Shown piece after piece: positions 63,194-64,000 of a DNA stretch of 64,000 nt. This DNA comes from Scenedesmus sp. PABB004 (lineage: Eukaryota), in NCBI GenBank assembly GCA_014905635.1, contig JABVCE010000009.1, forward strand, positions 310,001-374,000. The letters are read 5' to 3'. Both the position numbers and the translations under genes were made by a program. A model generated the notes under the pieces. That model searched no databases. It was not told the origin of the DNA and saw only the letters and a program-made list of their open reading frames with translations. Positions within the stretch are counted from its first letter, which is position 1; every line of letters begins with the position of its first letter.

Positions 63194-64000
63194 TCACGCG
63201 GTGAACGCGGCGAGCGTGCCCTCGCGCGCCAGCTGCGCCAGCACGGAAGAGGCGGCGGCGCGGGGCAGCTCAACGCGGACTTCGCCGCCGCCGCCGCCGC
63301 CGCTGCCGACCGCGATGGCGACGCCGGTCGCGACGCTGCAGCCGTCCGGGGCGCGCGGCGCCGCCGAGACGGCGCGCGCGACGCGGTCCCACCGGCCGCC
63401 GAGCTGCTGCGCGTTGAGGCCGCTCAGCAGCGCCTCGCCCTCGCCCCACCTGCCGCGGGCGCCGTTGGCGCCGGGGTAGCCGGCGACGCGGGCGCGCACG
63501 AGCGCGCACAGCCGCTCCAGCGTCCAGACGGCGGCGGGCGCGCGCGGGCGCTTGACGCGCGGCGGCGGCGGCGGCGACGGCGGCGACGGCGGCTCGCTGC
63601 CGCCCGGTGCCGCCGCGTCGCCGCCCGCGGCGGCCGCGGCCGTGCGCGCCCGCGCCCGCGCCGCGTTCTGCGCGGCGTTCTTGGCGGCGCGGCCGCAGGC
63701 CGGGCACGCCTTGCCGTGCACCGAACCCGGCAGGATCACACTGGGCCGCGGCGCGGGCCCCACGCAGGCGGCACCGTTGCGGCAGCGCTCGGGCGCGTCG
63801 CAGCTCCACTCGTAGCAGGCGGTGGTGCAAAACACCTGCCCGGGGCGCGCGACGGGCTCGCCGCACACGCAGACGCCGCTGCGCGGCGCGCCGGCGGGCG
63901 CGTCGCCGCCGGCGGGCGCGTCGCCGGCGCCGGCGCTGCCGGCGCGGCGGTGGCAGCCCTTGCACGCGCAACAGCACGCCGCCGGGCATGCGCACTCGCC
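63194..64000 (-). CDS. 3' part of an unknown Cys-rich (putative zinc-finger) protein, open to the window edge
   Basis: CKGCH...CVCGEPVARPGQVFCTTAC...C...C...C...CPACG, then PPPPPRVKRPR and WTLERLCALVRARV; no intron evident. Confidence 0.55.
   Translation of the reverse strand, partial: GECACPAACCCACKGCHRRAGSAGAGDAPAGGDAPAGAPRSGVCVCGEPVARPGQVFCTTACYEWSCDAPERCRNGAACVGPAPRPSVILPGSVHGKACPACGRAAKNAAQNAARARARTAAAAAGGDAAAPGGSEPPSPPSPPPPPRVKRPRAPAAVWTLERLCALVRARVAGYPGANGARGRWGEGEALLSGLNAQQLGGRWDRVARAVSAAPRAPDGCSVATGVAIAVGSGGGGGGEVRVELPRAAASSVLAQLAREGTLAAFTA

Overview
Eukaryotic, intron-rich, extremely GC-rich nuclear DNA (roughly 75-80% by eye), most consistent with a chlorophycean green alga. The basis is a Chlamydomonas-type phototropin, a plant-type nuclear MinE, OPR/RAP-like proteins and a plant/algal-type U6. 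Most ORFs in the supplied track are GC-content artefacts or exon+intron read-throughs. I reconstructed about 19 genes by hand, nearly all spliced. In order they are: a partial unknown gene, a secreted catalase-peroxidase (KatG), an MFS transporter, an OPR/RAP-like protein, a four-CNB cyclic-nucleotide-dependent kinase, a second RAP protein, phototropin, a secreted sulfatase, MinE, agmatine deiminase, a Tas-like aldo-keto reductase, a Tat-type alpha/beta-hydrolase pseudo-enzyme, NAT10, an unknown protein, BTF3/NAC-beta, a Rossmann-fold protein, a SIM+Zn-finger+SNF2/RING helicase, a U6 snRNA copy and a partial Cys-rich ORF. The most notable observations are: (1) a very high fraction of GC-AG introns (5 of 13 in phototropin); (2) an ~810-bp inverted duplication of a bidirectional promoter carrying 5' stubs of both flanking genes, which is the footprint of a staggered-break inversion; (3) a U6 copy lacking its Pol III terminator and joined to repeats and a Cys-rich ORF; (4) a dense cluster of perfect palindromes at 4866-5041; (5) several enzymes with altered catalytic or specificity motifs. 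Exon boundaries and family calls are by eye and from memory of motifs; no database searches were run.
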